Origin: Cyanophora paradoxa CCMP329
Taxonomy: Eukaryota > Plantae > Glaucophyta
DNA length: 30,723 bases
NCBI GenBank assembly: GCA_004431415.1
Contig: QPMI01000497.1
Coordinates: 1-30,723, forward strand
Direction: 5' to 3'
Shown: positions 30,370-30,723 of the stretch, piece after piece
Position numbering within the stretch: position 1 is the stretch's first letter
Layout: each line of letters opens with the position of its first letter
Translations under genes and position numbers: made by a program
Notes under the pieces: generated by a model
The model's input: only the letters and a program-made list of their open reading frames with translations
Databases searched by the model: none
What the model was told of the DNA's origin: nothing

Positions 30370-30723
30370 ATGCCTGTGGATTACATCGAGGTTAGCTCAT
30401 TTAATACAATCTCTGGTGATGGTCCACATCAAGCTTTGTGGCTAGACTCCCCAGTAGTTATGAGAATGTGAGGGCTGTGAAGACTGGTCTCAGCCGAATT
30501 TTATAACAGTATCCCTATGGTGAGTGGTGAAACCAAAGCAGGAGATGTGACAGTTGACAATGCATTTAGCATTTATTATTCTGAACAAACTCCTGGAGCT
30601 GGAAGCTCAGGAATTCCAACAGTTCGCCCAGCTGCTGACTATGAACAATGGAAACAATTCATTATAAGTCGAAACACCCATCCAAAGCCACCAGCAACTG
30701 GTGAATGTAATTAACTCTAAATT
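30370..30723 (+). pseudogene. Minor capsid (penton)-like protein 2, N-terminal part (frameshifted, runs off the window)
   Basis: MPVDYIEVSS..SFVARLPSSYENVRAV.RLVSAEFYNSIPMV matches the penton N-terminal pattern. Confidence 0.6.

Larger units (their letters stand above)
17537..30723 (+). mobile_element. Endogenous Polinton-like virus, copy 2 (left half)
   Basis: Starts with the ACACAT hairpin and an inverted copy of the copy 1 terminal repeat, followed by fibre, lipase and penton genes with the same low-CpG composition. Confidence 0.82.

Overview
Eukaryotic genomic window dominated by an endogenous Polinton-like virus (PLV; double-jelly-roll DNA virus). It appears as the right half of one copy (about 1-14472) and the left half of a second co-oriented copy (about 17537-30723), separated by about 3 kb of GC-rich DIRS-type retrotransposon DNA (CCHC Gag, RT) that carries a 209-bp MITE. 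Right half: penton C-terminus, major capsid protein, A32-type packaging ATPase, small ORFs, AEP primase-PriCT2-SF3 helicase, GIY-YIG nuclease, protein-primed PolB, rve integrase, then a repeat-rich terminal region. Left half: terminal region, AdoMetDC-like gene, Zn-finger protein, four paralogous fibre genes with a shared N-terminal domain and different heads, a giant HxH-repeat fibre, a patatin-discoidin fusion and two divergent penton-like genes. Most notable: both facing ends terminate in perfect 28-bp inverted repeats with different but fully compensated stems; an origin-like palindromic cassette occurs both behind the helicase gene and in both termini; and the PolB has a degenerate proofreading domain. 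Most frameshifts I could resolve are 1-nt losses in short homopolymers and may be long-read errors rather than real decay. All family assignments come from motif recognition by eye, with no database searches.
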